DNA of 56,349 nt from a virus. The notes below the pieces were generated by a model. The model had not been told where the DNA came from. It ran no database searches and was given only the letters and a program-made list of their open reading frames with translations. The stretch is from UHGV virus genome UHGV-0011358; one strand, written 5' to 3'. A program made the translations under genes and the position numbers. Positions 9,425 through 19,445 of the stretch are shown one piece after another (within the stretch, counting starts at the first letter, position 1; every line of letters starts with the position of its first letter).

Positions 9425-12400
9425 TTATTCTTCGCTTCCTGTGAACTGACTGACAAGCGCTTCAAGTTTTGCGATCCGCTCATCCATTGCGGCAATATTA
9501 GCTTTCAGGCTGGCGTTTTCCTCTTCCAGTTCTGTGACGCGGTTATCTGTTTCTCGTGCCACCTGGACAAGCAAACCAGTCACCGCCGCATAGTCAACAT
9601 TAAGGTAGCGTGTTTCTTCTCGTAGCTCGTTGCCGTCAACGGTCGGCCCCTGCAATTCATTACCGTAACGAGTAAACGATCCTACGGCTTCCGGTAGCGC
9701 CTCCATTACTTCCTGTGCAATAACGCCAGCATAAGGAAGGCCGTTTTCCTTGAGCGTGTAGGTGTACCCGTTCATTTTGCGGATTGATTCAGTGGCTTCA
9801 CCTATAACCTGAATGTTATCTTTAAGGTCGCGGTCAGATGATTGGTGAAGTGTCTGGCATGTGATATTACCGCTAACATCAAACATTTGACCTGATGATG
9901 TTTTTTGTGCATAAAACAGGTATCCGGCAGATGTTCCAACCTCAAAAACGTTTTGTCGATCACTTGACCCCCAGACCCTGATGCTAACTGGTAGTTCTGA
10001 ATTACCTGAATTAAGTAAAGCAAAACGACTGCCCGTCCCTGTTTGTTTTCTAATTACTAAATCGGCAGTTGAATTAACCTCATTTTTGTTAACGGTTAGC
10101 GCCTGTGCTGTAGCACCGTTGACAGTACCGCTTAGTAGTTGCACTGCGCCATCATCGCCATTTAACAGCACTTGAGCGCTGCTTCTGTGGTTTTTCAGGA
10201 ACAACATTTTGCCTGTGCTTTCCGATGTACCTACCGACCACGCCGAATTGGTTTCAGTGCTATCAACACCACGCACAGTACAATTCATCGCGCTATAATC
10301 TGACGTACTTCCAAGCACATCAATTCGCCCACCACCAGATTTTACAGGAGTATCAGTGGTTAACGACCTTACGTTTACATCCTGATTCCTTCCTGAAACA
10401 ACAACCTGACTCCATGCCGACCAATTGCCATTTTCATAATAGCGAACGTATATTTGTTTTGTGTCTGTGCCAACAAGGGTTTGCAAGTTTGTATAATCTG
10501 AATCCGTGATCTTACGAATTGACTCTACACGAAGCAAAAAGTTGCCGCCTACGCCGTCAGGCTTATTGGTAATATTTGCACCGCCTCCGGCACTTTTGCA
10601 TTGATAGTATTTAACTGATCCTTTATCTGAGGCCTTAATGGTCAGATCATTAAGATCAATAGTCAGGTCGCCAATGTCTTCAGGCTCGATTGCTCCCGAT
10701 ATACCTGCGTTAAATGTGGCAAGGTCAGAAAATGTTGTTTTACCGCCTACCGTTAACCCGCTATCGAGTTTTGCTTGTGTAATTACTTTGCTGTTTTTTG
10801 AGTGGTCAGAAGAATTACCAAAATACAAATCACCGTCACCAGCTATACCTAGGTATTTTTGATCAACATCATCAACCTTAAACCCAATGGACAAGTTTTT
10901 AATTGTGTTGTTGCTCGTTAAAACCAAAGGCGTATGCTGAGATCCTTTGATGCTTACCGTAGTGTTATCGGAACTGGTGCTTGTGTTTGCAAATTCTGCG
11001 GTGGCTGCGCTGATTTTGTAAGTTATTTTTAGATTGCGGGCCTCAACCCTCCCGTCGTGGCGAACAATAAAATCACCACTTGATTCACCTTTTGTGTTTT
11101 TCGCCCTGATGTGGATTTCGCCAAGTGATTCGTTGTTTTCAGGCGACCAAACAACGCCGCGCTCGCTTCCGTCGTTGTTCATGAACCACAGATGAGCGGT
11201 TCCTTTTGCTGATTTTAGCCTGATAGATGGCATTTCTTTCAATATATCAAGATCACCAGACATAACATCGCCGGATTTTTTCACCTGCGCATCGTTCGTT
11301 ACGTTGCCAAGTCCAACATCCGATTTCGACGGCTTGTTTTGGGTTCCGTATAGCTCATTAATGGCATAAGTGCCGCTGTTGAGTCCAGTATCGTTACCAG
11401 CGAAAATCTTGACCCTGGCCTTTTCGTATTCGATATTAATCGCTGACCACGTATCACCGCACCGAGAGAATACACTAGAACCGTGGTTATAATGGGTCGC
11501 CGTGCTTCCGGTAGGCTTATCGGCACGCCAGAAATGACCGCCTTTGTCACGCAGTGCTTTTAATAGTTCTGTATTGCTCATCTTGCCGTTTGTTGCTATC
11601 CCGCTACCGCCAAGACCGAAAGCGCCTGTAAGCATAGCATTAGAAAGGCCCAAATCTGCCTTGCTGGGTTTGTTTACCTGGTCGTAAATCCTTGCTGCTG
11701 GGCTTTCAATATATCCAGCGGGTGCGTCGGCTTGCTCAACAAATCCTTCAGGAATGTATAATTCCGTGTTGCCAGTCTGCGCCAGCACCGCTACTTTTGT
11801 GTTTTTAATATAAGATCGCTGGTAGCACCAGACCTCGATATAGCCGTCACCTTTAACCAGGCCGTAACACATTTGACCATTATTGGGAAGGTTTGGTGAA
11901 CCGAGTCGGCGAATACTTAAAAATTTAGATATATTTTCACTGGTTACTTCGCCTGTGTCGTTAAGACCTCGAGCGGAGATCTCTATAAAGTCAATATTCC
12001 CGTAACTTAAACCGTAGCCACCGCCATTTGTAACCATTAGCGTTAAGTGGCAGTCTGATGACTTTGGATCGCTAAGTTTAGCAATCTTAACGTAAGCGCC
12101 ATTACCGCTAGTTTTAACAGGCCAAGCACATTGGACCATTGGGCTGGTAAGCCTTCCCATTTGATTCAGATATTCTTGCGCCCTGTTCTCTGATGTTTTG
12201 GCGTTGGTTTCGCTTGTTTTCGCTGCCGTCTCACTTGCCTTAGCGTTGGTTTCTGATGTTTTCGCTGCCGTGGCGGATTTTGCAGCCGCTGTTTTTGACG
12301 CTTCTGCTGCGTTTTTGTCGGATCCTGTTTTTTGAGCGTTGGCGGTTGATTTGGCTGTCTCTGCGCGAATGTTGGTAAGAAGCTGATCCAACTGACCTTC

Positions 12401-12745
12401 GCCGCCAAAATCCTCCCACCACTCGACAGCGGCGGCGATCTCTGTTTCCTTGCCCTGGTAGTAACGCAGGGTTTCAGCCACATCCTGAGCAAGCCCATCA
12501 ACTGAGATCGAGTCAGATAGCAGGATGCTGAATTTTGTCCCGGCAGGGATGGCGGGGTTAGCCGCTGGCGTCACTGACAGTTCAGTGCCGCTTTTAATTT
12601 CTGTGATGGTAAAGATCTGTACCGGATTGCCAACAGCAATGAGCGTGCAGCCTACACGAATGAGAGAAAGCGGCGCGGAGAAGTTTGTGCCCGTGCCTGT
12701 AACAGTATTGCCGCTAATGGCAATTGTTCCAGTTGTGTAAATCAT
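9425..12745 (-). CDS. tail fiber / tailspike with C-terminal S74-type intramolecular chaperone domain
   Basis: 1106 aa; Ala/Lys/Thr-rich repeat region; C-terminus DLKDNIQ...GVIAQEV...YAAVTGLLVQ resembles the self-cleaving chaperone domain. Confidence 0.8.
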   Translation of the reverse strand: MIYTTGTIAISGNTVTGTGTNFSAPLSLIRVGCTLIAVGNPVQIFTITEIKSGTELSVTPAANPAIPAGTKFSILLSDSISVDGLAQDVAETLRYYQGKETEIAAAVEWWEDFGGEGQLDQLLTNIRAETAKSTANAQKTGSDKNAAEASKTAAAKSATAAKTSETNAKASETAAKTSETNAKTSENRAQEYLNQMGRLTSPMVQCAWPVKTSGNGAYVKIAKLSDPKSSDCHLTLMVTNGGGYGLSYGNIDFIEISARGLNDTGEVTSENISKFLSIRRLGSPNLPNNGQMCYGLVKGDGYIEVWCYQRSYIKNTKVAVLAQTGNTELYIPEGFVEQADAPAGYIESPAARIYDQVNKPSKADLGLSNAMLTGAFGLGGSGIATNGKMSNTELLKALRDKGGHFWRADKPTGSTATHYNHGSSVFSRCGDTWSAINIEYEKARVKIFAGNDTGLNSGTYAINELYGTQNKPSKSDVGLGNVTNDAQVKKSGDVMSGDLDILKEMPSIRLKSAKGTAHLWFMNNDGSERGVVWSPENNESLGEIHIRAKNTKGESSGDFIVRHDGRVEARNLKITYKISAATAEFANTSTSSDNTTVSIKGSQHTPLVLTSNNTIKNLSIGFKVDDVDQKYLGIAGDGDLYFGNSSDHSKNSKVITQAKLDSGLTVGGKTTFSDLATFNAGISGAIEPEDIGDLTIDLNDLTIKASDKGSVKYYQCKSAGGGANITNKPDGVGGNFLLRVESIRKITDSDYTNLQTLVGTDTKQIYVRYYENGNWSAWSQVVVSGRNQDVNVRSLTTDTPVKSGGGRIDVLGSTSDYSAMNCTVRGVDSTETNSAWSVGTSESTGKMLFLKNHRSSAQVLLNGDDGAVQLLSGTVNGATAQALTVNKNEVNSTADLVIRKQTGTGSRFALLNSGNSELPVSIRVWGSSDRQNVFEVGTSAGYLFYAQKTSSGQMFDVSGNITCQTLHQSSDRDLKDNIQVIGEATESIRKMNGYTYTLKENGLPYAGVIAQEVMEALPEAVGSFTRYGNELQGPTVDGNELREETRYLNVDYAAVTGLLVQVARETDNRVTELEEENASLKANIAAMDERIAKLEALVSQFTGSEE

Positions 12746-12922
12746 CTCGATGACTCCATTTTGTTAATTAACGGAATAATTCTACCATTTTATGATCTGT
12801 GTTGCATTTTCTGCTTACACAAAATGTATTTGTTGATTTATATCAATATACGAAGTGTTGTTTTGTCGGATATTCAAGACACCGGATGAACCGGACGAGC
12901 TAACAAGAACGAGGATTAAAAA

Positions 12923-13171
12923 ATGAAAAACATGTTCAAAGTGGTTTTATTCTCTGCGGCTGTAGCTCTTACTGGTTGCGCTGTTGACAAAGAGACCGCA
13001 TTGCATAACCTGCCGAATAGCGGAGTAATTCCACAAGATGTTGTCTATGATGGTGAAGGTCATCTTGTCTATGACACTGAAAAACTGCCTTATACTGGTC
13101 AATGGTGTCATGAACTCGATCACAACATGCGCCGCATCGGTAGCCCTTCTAACTGTGTAGCTAACTACTAA
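12923..13171 (+). CDS. small lipoprotein (moron; Cor-like candidate)
   Basis: 82 aa; signal peptide with lipobox LTGC; opposite strand to flanking tail genes; own terminator. Confidence 0.65.
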   Translation: MKNMFKVVLFSAAVALTGCAVDKETALHNLPNSGVIPQDVVYDGEGHLVYDTEKLPYTGQWCHELDHNMRRIGSPSNCVANY

Positions 13172-13178
13172 AAGAAAA

Positions 13179-13200
13179 CCCCGCGCGAAGCGGGGTTTTT
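13179..13200 (+). terminator. rho-independent terminator (bidirectional)
   Basis: CCCCGC-GCGAA-GCGGGG hairpin followed by TTTTT. Confidence 0.6.
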
Positions 13201-13202
13201 GT

Positions 13203-16200
13203 TTATCCTGAGAATGAACCAGAACCGCGCGACACTATGACTGTCGGCGAATTTATATAAGCCCCCTTGTCATTTTGAGCAGATACCTTAATTTTAACTG
13301 TAACGCCCCTGCTGGTTACTGCTGCTGAATGCATAACAAGGCGCTCCGTGCCATCCAGTGCTAAACCTTTTGATGAACCGCCAATTGTTATTGTGCAACC
13401 ACCAAAACCCTTAACGTTAGCCATAACGCAGATATGTCGGCTATACGCTGCGTCAGATGTGTCATTGTATGTTATTACTTTTTCTAACGCCCCATCCCTT
13501 AACGTGCTAACGTCAGAACCTGTGTACATGTTTGCAACATCACCGATAAAGGTTTTCGCCTCAAGTGAACCGGTAAACTTGCCGCTGTCTGCATGTATTT
13601 CACCCCTTACAACAACGTTGTTAAATTCTGATGCGCCGCTTTGTGTTATCCTCCAACCATTGGAACCGGGGACGAAGTTTGCTGATTTAATTTCATTGAC
13701 AATTTTAGCCATAGTAATGGAGGCATCTGCAATTTTAGCTGTCCCTATTGATGCATCCTTAATAAATGCCTCTTTCACATACATTGCGCCGTTAGTGACA
13801 TAGAAGGGCGATGTATATGCGCCGTTTGCCGCCGTCATTAACATAAAGCGATCAACAAGGAAAATACACTGCGACTGAAAGTTAGTGCCGTCACCAGTAA
13901 GGCCAAGCGACATACCTGTAGCGTATTTTACGCCATTGCTATCTGTGGCGAGCTTGATTGAATATGTCGCATCAACATTACCCCTAAAGTCGGTTAACGC
14001 TTTAGATGTCGTCTCTATTGCCGTCTTGTTCCCGTTAACGGTCACTGTTAGCTGATCAATTTTCGTTGACAACGCCTCGTCTGCCGTAGCCATTGTCTGC
14101 GACCATTCTGTAATACTTGAGTTTACTGATTCGAAAGACGCTGAGATCTGGCTAAATTTTTCCGCGCTTGATTCCTCATGCGTAGAGAGCGCCGTCGACA
14201 CTTCAGATACTTTTGAGTTGATCGTACTGGTAAGCGATGCGCTAAGGCCGCTTATTGCGTCCGCGCGTGCTTTTTTTTCGTCGGCGATGGCTTTGTCCAT
14301 CCTGGTGACGTTGCTTGTCACTTTATTATCAAGCGTGCTGACACTTGCGCTAACTTCGCTGATAGCTTGTCCTCTGGCGCTTGTTTCGTCAGCAATTACC
14401 TGATCAAGACGGTTTACGCTTGCTTCAGTCTTCTTATCAAGATTAGTGATCGATGCGTTTACACCGCTAATGGCTTCAGCCGTTGCTTTTTTCTCTTCAG
14501 CGATAACGTTGTCAATACGGTCAATTTTCGCGTTGGTTTCTCTGATTCCTTTCTTGTATTGGGCTGAAAGAGTAACACGCGTGTTGGTTTGAGCGATTGA
14601 GTTATTGATAAGTGCAATAGATGCGTTTTGCAGGCTTGCTTTTGCCTGATTTATTTCGTCGCTGTTTTTGCCAACATTATTTTCAACAGTGCCAAGATTT
14701 GCGCTGAGGCCTGATATTGCCTGAGCGCGGGCGCTTGATTCATCGGCAATTGCCTGATCAAGACGCTTAACGCTGGCGTTTGTGCTGTTCTCAAGCGTTG
14801 TTAAGTCTGCTTTAACCTCTGTTATTGCGTCGCTTCTTGCCTTCGTTTCGTCTGATATTGCTTTATCAAGGCGGGAAACGCTGGCATCTGTTTTCTTATC
14901 AAGGCTGTCTATTGATGCCTTCACGCCGCTAACGGCCTGTGCGCGGGCACTGGCCTCGTCAGCGATTGCCTGATCCAGGCGTTTAACGCTGGCGTCAGTT
15001 TTCTTATCAAGTGCCGAGATACTTGCGTTAACGTCACTGACCGCCTGTGTGCGGGCGTTCGTTTCATCTGCAATAGCCTGATCAAGCCTATTGACGCTGG
15101 CATCCGTTTTCTTGTCGAGATTGCTTATTGAGGCGTTCACACCGTTAATAGCTTCAGCGCGGGCACTAGCCTCGTCAGCCACTGCGCGTTCCACACTGGA
15201 GATCTGACCTTTAAGGTTGGAATCCATCGTGTTCATTTCTGCCGTGATGGTTTTCAGTGATTCAGCCGTTGCTTTTTTCTCTTCAGCGATAACGTTGTCA
15301 ATACGGTCAATTTCCGCTTTCGTTTCCGTTCTGCCTTTTTTGTACTGGGCGGTAAGGGTAACGCGCGTGTTTGTCTGTGCAAGCGAGTTGTTGATAAGCG
15401 CCAATGACGCGTTTTGCAGGCTTGCTTTTGCTTGCGCCAGTTCGCTGCCAACTTTTTCGCTGGACACTTCTAATAGGTCAATCCTGGACTCATGCTGACC
15501 AATATCATCGGCGTTTTCCTTAACTTTTTTGTAAAGATCTTCCGTTTCTTTTTTAAGTGTATCGGTGTCAGCTTTTATTGTTCCCGTTTCTGTGATCAGG
15601 TTGTCAGTGTCAGTCCTTAAATCTTCAGTTACGTTCGTAAGGTTATCAGTTGTAGTTTTGAGGTTGTCAGTAGCTGTTTTCAGTTCTTCCGCAACACCTT
15701 CGATAACATCGGTGCGGTCGCCTAGATCTTTGATGTCACCAATCATTTCCTTGAACTGTTCCGACCCCATGACATCCTTCATCACGTAGTCACTGATTTC
15801 ATCAAAATTCTCTGTCGGCTTACCTGACGCCTCTACAAAGTCAGACACGCCAAAAGCATTGCGTGTGCGCACGTAAACGTAATAAGTATGGCCCGTGTTC
15901 ATTCCGCCGAACGTCCACTGATAACCACGTCCGGTATATTGTGCATTAGTGGGGACTAATGCCGGATTAGTGATTTGTGTTTCGCCAGCAAAATAGAATT
16001 CATAGCTTGTATCGCTGGTCAGAGTTGTTTTGCTGATTGGGTATACAGTAGCCTGAAATACGCCTGGTATCCAGTTAACACCAATTGGTTTTGAAGGTGC
16101 ACCAATAACGAGATCAACGATAGATTCCGCGCCTTTCATACCGGTATCATTGCGGGCGCGAACGCCTAAAGAGTATTGACCGCAATTCAGGCCATTAAAA

Positions 16201-18215
16201 TCATACCGGAATTCGGTCGTCTCATAACTGGCGACAACTTTGCTGTCTTCGTTATAAACACGTAATTCAAAGGTCAGGCGGTGAGTTGTGGTCTGCGTCA
16301 TCCACGACGCGGAGCACTGAACGGTTTCGGAACCAACATTCATTACCTTGAGGTTTTCAATGTTAGGAACACGGAAATGATTCAGCGTGTCGTTGTTGAT
16401 TTCGAAGACTGCGCCTTCATCAACTACGGCCTGTTTGTTAGGGTCGTGCTGTGCGGCTTCGATAGTGTATACGCTGTTATTTTCTGTTTCTGCTACGCTG
16501 GTGATCCTACATAAAACGGGTTTTGCTGCTTCAGTCGATACAGCAAAAACAGTGCCATTGCGAATCCATGCCGGGGCCGCAGCAAGGGTAATATTGTTTC
16601 CATTAACTCCGGTGATCTGGTGTTTTTTAAATTTACCATCGCTATCAAGTAAGCTGATGGTGTCACCAGCCGCGATATATTCAGAATCAACCTTGTCGAC
16701 CGTTATCACTTTGCCATTGTTCGCCACGATACGACCGCCTAAGCGAGCGCCTGCGCGGTTATTGTCGAGGATCTCGATGATATCCCCTGGTGTAAAGTGA
16801 ATGGCGTCACGGGCCATTTTAAACGTGAATTTTGACGGCTCGCGTTTTGCTGTTTCGATCAGCCATTTACCAGCGCGATAAGCCTGTCCGCGAGACGTGC
16901 ACCCGAACGCCTCTAGCGTGGTTTCGTTGTAGCCGTCGCGGGCGATTAGTTCATCGTCAGAAACGTATTCTTTTGACTGTTCCCAACCGTTACCCGGATC
17001 GGTCCAGGATACAATCACGGCGTTGTAGCACTCCGCGCGGGCAAGGCTCGAACGGGTGAATGCACCATCTACGACATTTGCGTTCGTGATAGTTGCAATC
17101 GGATCTTGTGGCGCATCAATCATCACTGTAAGACGTTGCCCGTCCCATAACGCAATACCACGGAACATGCCAGCAATGTTATCCAGTAGGTCGCGGGCGC
17201 TCATTTGCTCCGTAATGTAAGCGTTAAGCGTCATGCGAGGTTCAAGGCCACCATAGCCATCATCAACCAACTGATCGCAGTATTGGGAGAGCACGTACAA
17301 AGCGCCATCATCAACATCAATGTAACCAGCATGTCGAGCAAGCCCGAAGCGCTCGTTTTTAACCAGATACCGGAAAATCCACGCAGGGTTATTGGTGTAC
17401 GCTTTTTTGAATCCACCAAGCCATAAGCCCGAATATGTGCGCGTTTCTGTGTTGTAGTTATCAGGCACGTCAACAATCAGGCCGCGAAGATGATAGGTGC
17501 GGGTAGGTGTATCAGTGTACTGGTCATGGTCAATCACAGCGCCAGCTACAGCGGTATGAGGATAAGACAGATTATCGTCTATGATTTCGCTGTAACTACT
17601 CCACCGCGTATCATTCTGCAATAGATCGCTGTTGCTGTCTGCTGTTATGCGACGAATGCGAATATCAAACGGTTTTTCATCCGGCGCTTTGATAATGTGA
17701 GCTTCCAGATATTCACCGCTTTGTTTACCGGGGCCAATGTGTATATCTTTAATCAGCGACCATGTAGAAGATGATGACGGTTTAACGTCAACCATCAACA
17801 TAACGGATGTATTGTATTGATTGCCCTTGTCGTCTGACTGAACGAGAGCGTCAACACCAAGATTCAACCTGACGCGGGTAACGTTTGGATCTGAAACAGT
17901 CCTGATTATTGGCGTGTCGTGAGTTACCTTTGCGTTGACAATAACGGTTGACTCGATGGCATTAAAACCATTAATCGGCGATTGGTCAGCCGTGCCGTTT
18001 CGCCAGGCTATACTAATCCCCGGTATTGATGTATTCCCGTTTGCGTCAGTAACAGGCGTGTCATTAAGCATCACGTTATTCAGTGGTGCTTTCTGGTTTA
18101 CCGGACCATATATCGGCCCCTCACTGAGAATATCTAAGACACGATAAAACTGTTTATGATACAGGTTATCGTTCAATAATGTTGGTGTTTTGGCTTTGCC
18201 GCCGCCGCTACTCAT
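13203..18215 (-). CDS. J: central tail fiber / host specificity protein J
   Basis: 1670 aa; N-terminal two thirds align by eye with lambda J; has an added coiled-coil repeat insertion. Confidence 0.9.
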   Translation of the reverse strand: MSSGGGKAKTPTLLNDNLYHKQFYRVLDILSEGPIYGPVNQKAPLNNVMLNDTPVTDANGNTSIPGISIAWRNGTADQSPINGFNAIESTVIVNAKVTHDTPIIRTVSDPNVTRVRLNLGVDALVQSDDKGNQYNTSVMLMVDVKPSSSSTWSLIKDIHIGPGKQSGEYLEAHIIKAPDEKPFDIRIRRITADSNSDLLQNDTRWSSYSEIIDDNLSYPHTAVAGAVIDHDQYTDTPTRTYHLRGLIVDVPDNYNTETRTYSGLWLGGFKKAYTNNPAWIFRYLVKNERFGLARHAGYIDVDDGALYVLSQYCDQLVDDGYGGLEPRMTLNAYITEQMSARDLLDNIAGMFRGIALWDGQRLTVMIDAPQDPIATITNANVVDGAFTRSSLARAECYNAVIVSWTDPGNGWEQSKEYVSDDELIARDGYNETTLEAFGCTSRGQAYRAGKWLIETAKREPSKFTFKMARDAIHFTPGDIIEILDNNRAGARLGGRIVANNGKVITVDKVDSEYIAAGDTISLLDSDGKFKKHQITGVNGNNITLAAAPAWIRNGTVFAVSTEAAKPVLCRITSVAETENNSVYTIEAAQHDPNKQAVVDEGAVFEINNDTLNHFRVPNIENLKVMNVGSETVQCSASWMTQTTTHRLTFELRVYNEDSKVVASYETTEFRYDFNGLNCGQYSLGVRARNDTGMKGAESIVDLVIGAPSKPIGVNWIPGVFQATVYPISKTTLTSDTSYEFYFAGETQITNPALVPTNAQYTGRGYQWTFGGMNTGHTYYVYVRTRNAFGVSDFVEASGKPTENFDEISDYVMKDVMGSEQFKEMIGDIKDLGDRTDVIEGVAEELKTATDNLKTTTDNLTNVTEDLRTDTDNLITETGTIKADTDTLKKETEDLYKKVKENADDIGQHESRIDLLEVSSEKVGSELAQAKASLQNASLALINNSLAQTNTRVTLTAQYKKGRTETKAEIDRIDNVIAEEKKATAESLKTITAEMNTMDSNLKGQISSVERAVADEASARAEAINGVNASISNLDKKTDASVNRLDQAIADETNARTQAVSDVNASISALDKKTDASVKRLDQAIADEASARAQAVSGVKASIDSLDKKTDASVSRLDKAISDETKARSDAITEVKADLTTLENSTNASVKRLDQAIADESSARAQAISGLSANLGTVENNVGKNSDEINQAKASLQNASIALINNSIAQTNTRVTLSAQYKKGIRETNAKIDRIDNVIAEEKKATAEAISGVNASITNLDKKTEASVNRLDQVIADETSARGQAISEVSASVSTLDNKVTSNVTRMDKAIADEKKARADAISGLSASLTSTINSKVSEVSTALSTHEESSAEKFSQISASFESVNSSITEWSQTMATADEALSTKIDQLTVTVNGNKTAIETTSKALTDFRGNVDATYSIKLATDSNGVKYATGMSLGLTGDGTNFQSQCIFLVDRFMLMTAANGAYTSPFYVTNGAMYVKEAFIKDASIGTAKIADASITMAKIVNEIKSANFVPGSNGWRITQSGASEFNNVVVRGEIHADSGKFTGSLEAKTFIGDVANMYTGSDVSTLRDGALEKVITYNDTSDAAYSRHICVMANVKGFGGCTITIGGSSKGLALDGTERLVMHSAAVTSRGVTVKIKVSAQNDKGAYINSPTVIVSRGSGSFSG

Positions 18216-18228
18216 GGCTTTTCTCCTG

Positions 18229-18765
18229 TTAACTTACAACGTCTAAGGCGTCTTTGTTGTTGCTTGTGTCTATGCCTAACGATCCGACGTTTGAACCTAT
18301 TTTCATTTCACCCAACAGGATTGGCACTGGCCTGCCCTGTCCTACCTTGTTTTCAATGCTGGTGTAGGTGTTGTTCGTTATGGTGTTATCTTGTGCGCTT
18401 TCTGCTGATGTTTTTACCTTCATGTTGCGTGACATAAAGATTGAAAACGCAACACCAACAACTGAAACGCCAATCATGATCCAGCCAAGTACACCGATTT
18501 CTAAACCGCCAAGCCCACCCTCTACCACTGGCGCAATAATGACGGTAGTCCCATCCGGGTATTTACTATTAACCGCTGCTGGCGCGGTATTTTCGTCATA
18601 ATCTTTTCCGGCAATTCGTAAGCGCAAAGGGGTGCTTAAAAACGCCTTCTTGAATTCATAATTCTGCGCAACCAATAAGCTAAGCCCCTGCGCTGGTGTT
18701 TCAACGTTTAAACACACCTTGCCGTAATATCTTCGAAGATTGCCCGTAAATCTAAATTTGAGCAT
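18229..18765 (-). CDS. I: tail assembly protein I
   Basis: C-terminal PVPILLGEMKIGSNVGS matches the lambda I motif; position between K and J. Confidence 0.7.
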   Translation of the reverse strand: MLKFRFTGNLRRYYGKVCLNVETPAQGLSLLVAQNYEFKKAFLSTPLRLRIAGKDYDENTAPAAVNSKYPDGTTVIIAPVVEGGLGGLEIGVLGWIMIGVSVVGVAFSIFMSRNMKVKTSAESAQDNTITNNTYTSIENKVGQGRPVPILLGEMKIGSNVGSLGIDTSNNKDALDVVS

Positions 18766-19445
18766 TTGTCAGATCTCCATATTGAATGCGTTTGTCGAAC
18801 ATACGCGGGCCGCATTTGCTCGCGGCGGCTTAACAGTCCGGCATTGTCATGATGCAAAACAGTGTTATCGCCCAGGTAAATCATCGCGTGACATGGGTCA
18901 GCGCCTTTAAACGGCTGACGGATAATTACGTCACCTGGCTGAATACTTTGCGCGTCAACCATGAAAAACCCGTTCAATGGCAGGTTTTTTATGTACAGGT
19001 TTTCCCCACGCAGCCACCACCCATCGTGGCGCTCAAAGTCCGGTAGATCCACGCCGCAAAGGTGATAGGAGTCACGAAAAAGCGAGTAGCAGTCTGTTTT
19101 CCCGTGCTCAAATTTACGACCTAACAGGTGCGCTACCGGGCGGAATTTTCTTACCCTGCCACCGGAACATAAAAACCACGGTAGGCCGGAAATAACCTGC
19201 TGTTGTCGATCCCGTGCTGACAATACCAATGAATCGTCAGTATGGGAGTGAAAAACGGCTGTTATAACGCCTAATTCGTCGGCCTTGATATAATCGTCAG
19301 GCGAGATTTTAAAGCTGTTGTGAGGCGTTTCAGACACGTTTAAACACGGGTAAAAATAATCGTTATCTATCACCAGCCCGCATACTTCCTCGTCAGGGTG
19401 GGCCGCTGCATAGCGAATCATTTTATCTTCAATCGCCATAATCAA
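18708..19445 (-). CDS. K: tail assembly protein K (MPN and NlpC/P60 domains)
   Basis: 245 aa; lambda K-like by eye; gene order L-K-I-J. Confidence 0.8.
   Translation of the reverse strand: MIMAIEDKMIRYAAAHPDEEVCGLVIDNDYFYPCLNVSETPHNSFKISPDDYIKADELGVITAVFHSHTDDSLVLSARDRQQQVISGLPWFLCSGGRVRKFRPVAHLLGRKFEHGKTDCYSLFRDSYHLCGVDLPDFERHDGWWLRGENLYIKNLPLNGFFMVDAQSIQPGDVIIRQPFKGADPCHAMIYLGDNTVLHHDNAGLLSRREQMRPAYVRQTHSIWRSDKCSNLDLRAIFEDITARCV

Noticed and set aside
12166-12501. Minus-strand alternate-frame ORF (111 aa, Arg/Gln/Lys-rich) within the tail fiber gene
   Set aside because: Overlaps the tail fiber reading frame in a low-complexity repeat region; a repeat-driven artefact.
13348-13803. 151 aa plus-strand ORF antisense to J
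   Set aside because: Lies wholly inside the well-supported J coding region on the opposite strand; no RBS or terminator.
14200-15500. Possible CRISPR-like array suggested by periodic repeats
   Set aside because: Repeats are in-frame coding repeats of J with variable length and no spacer structure.
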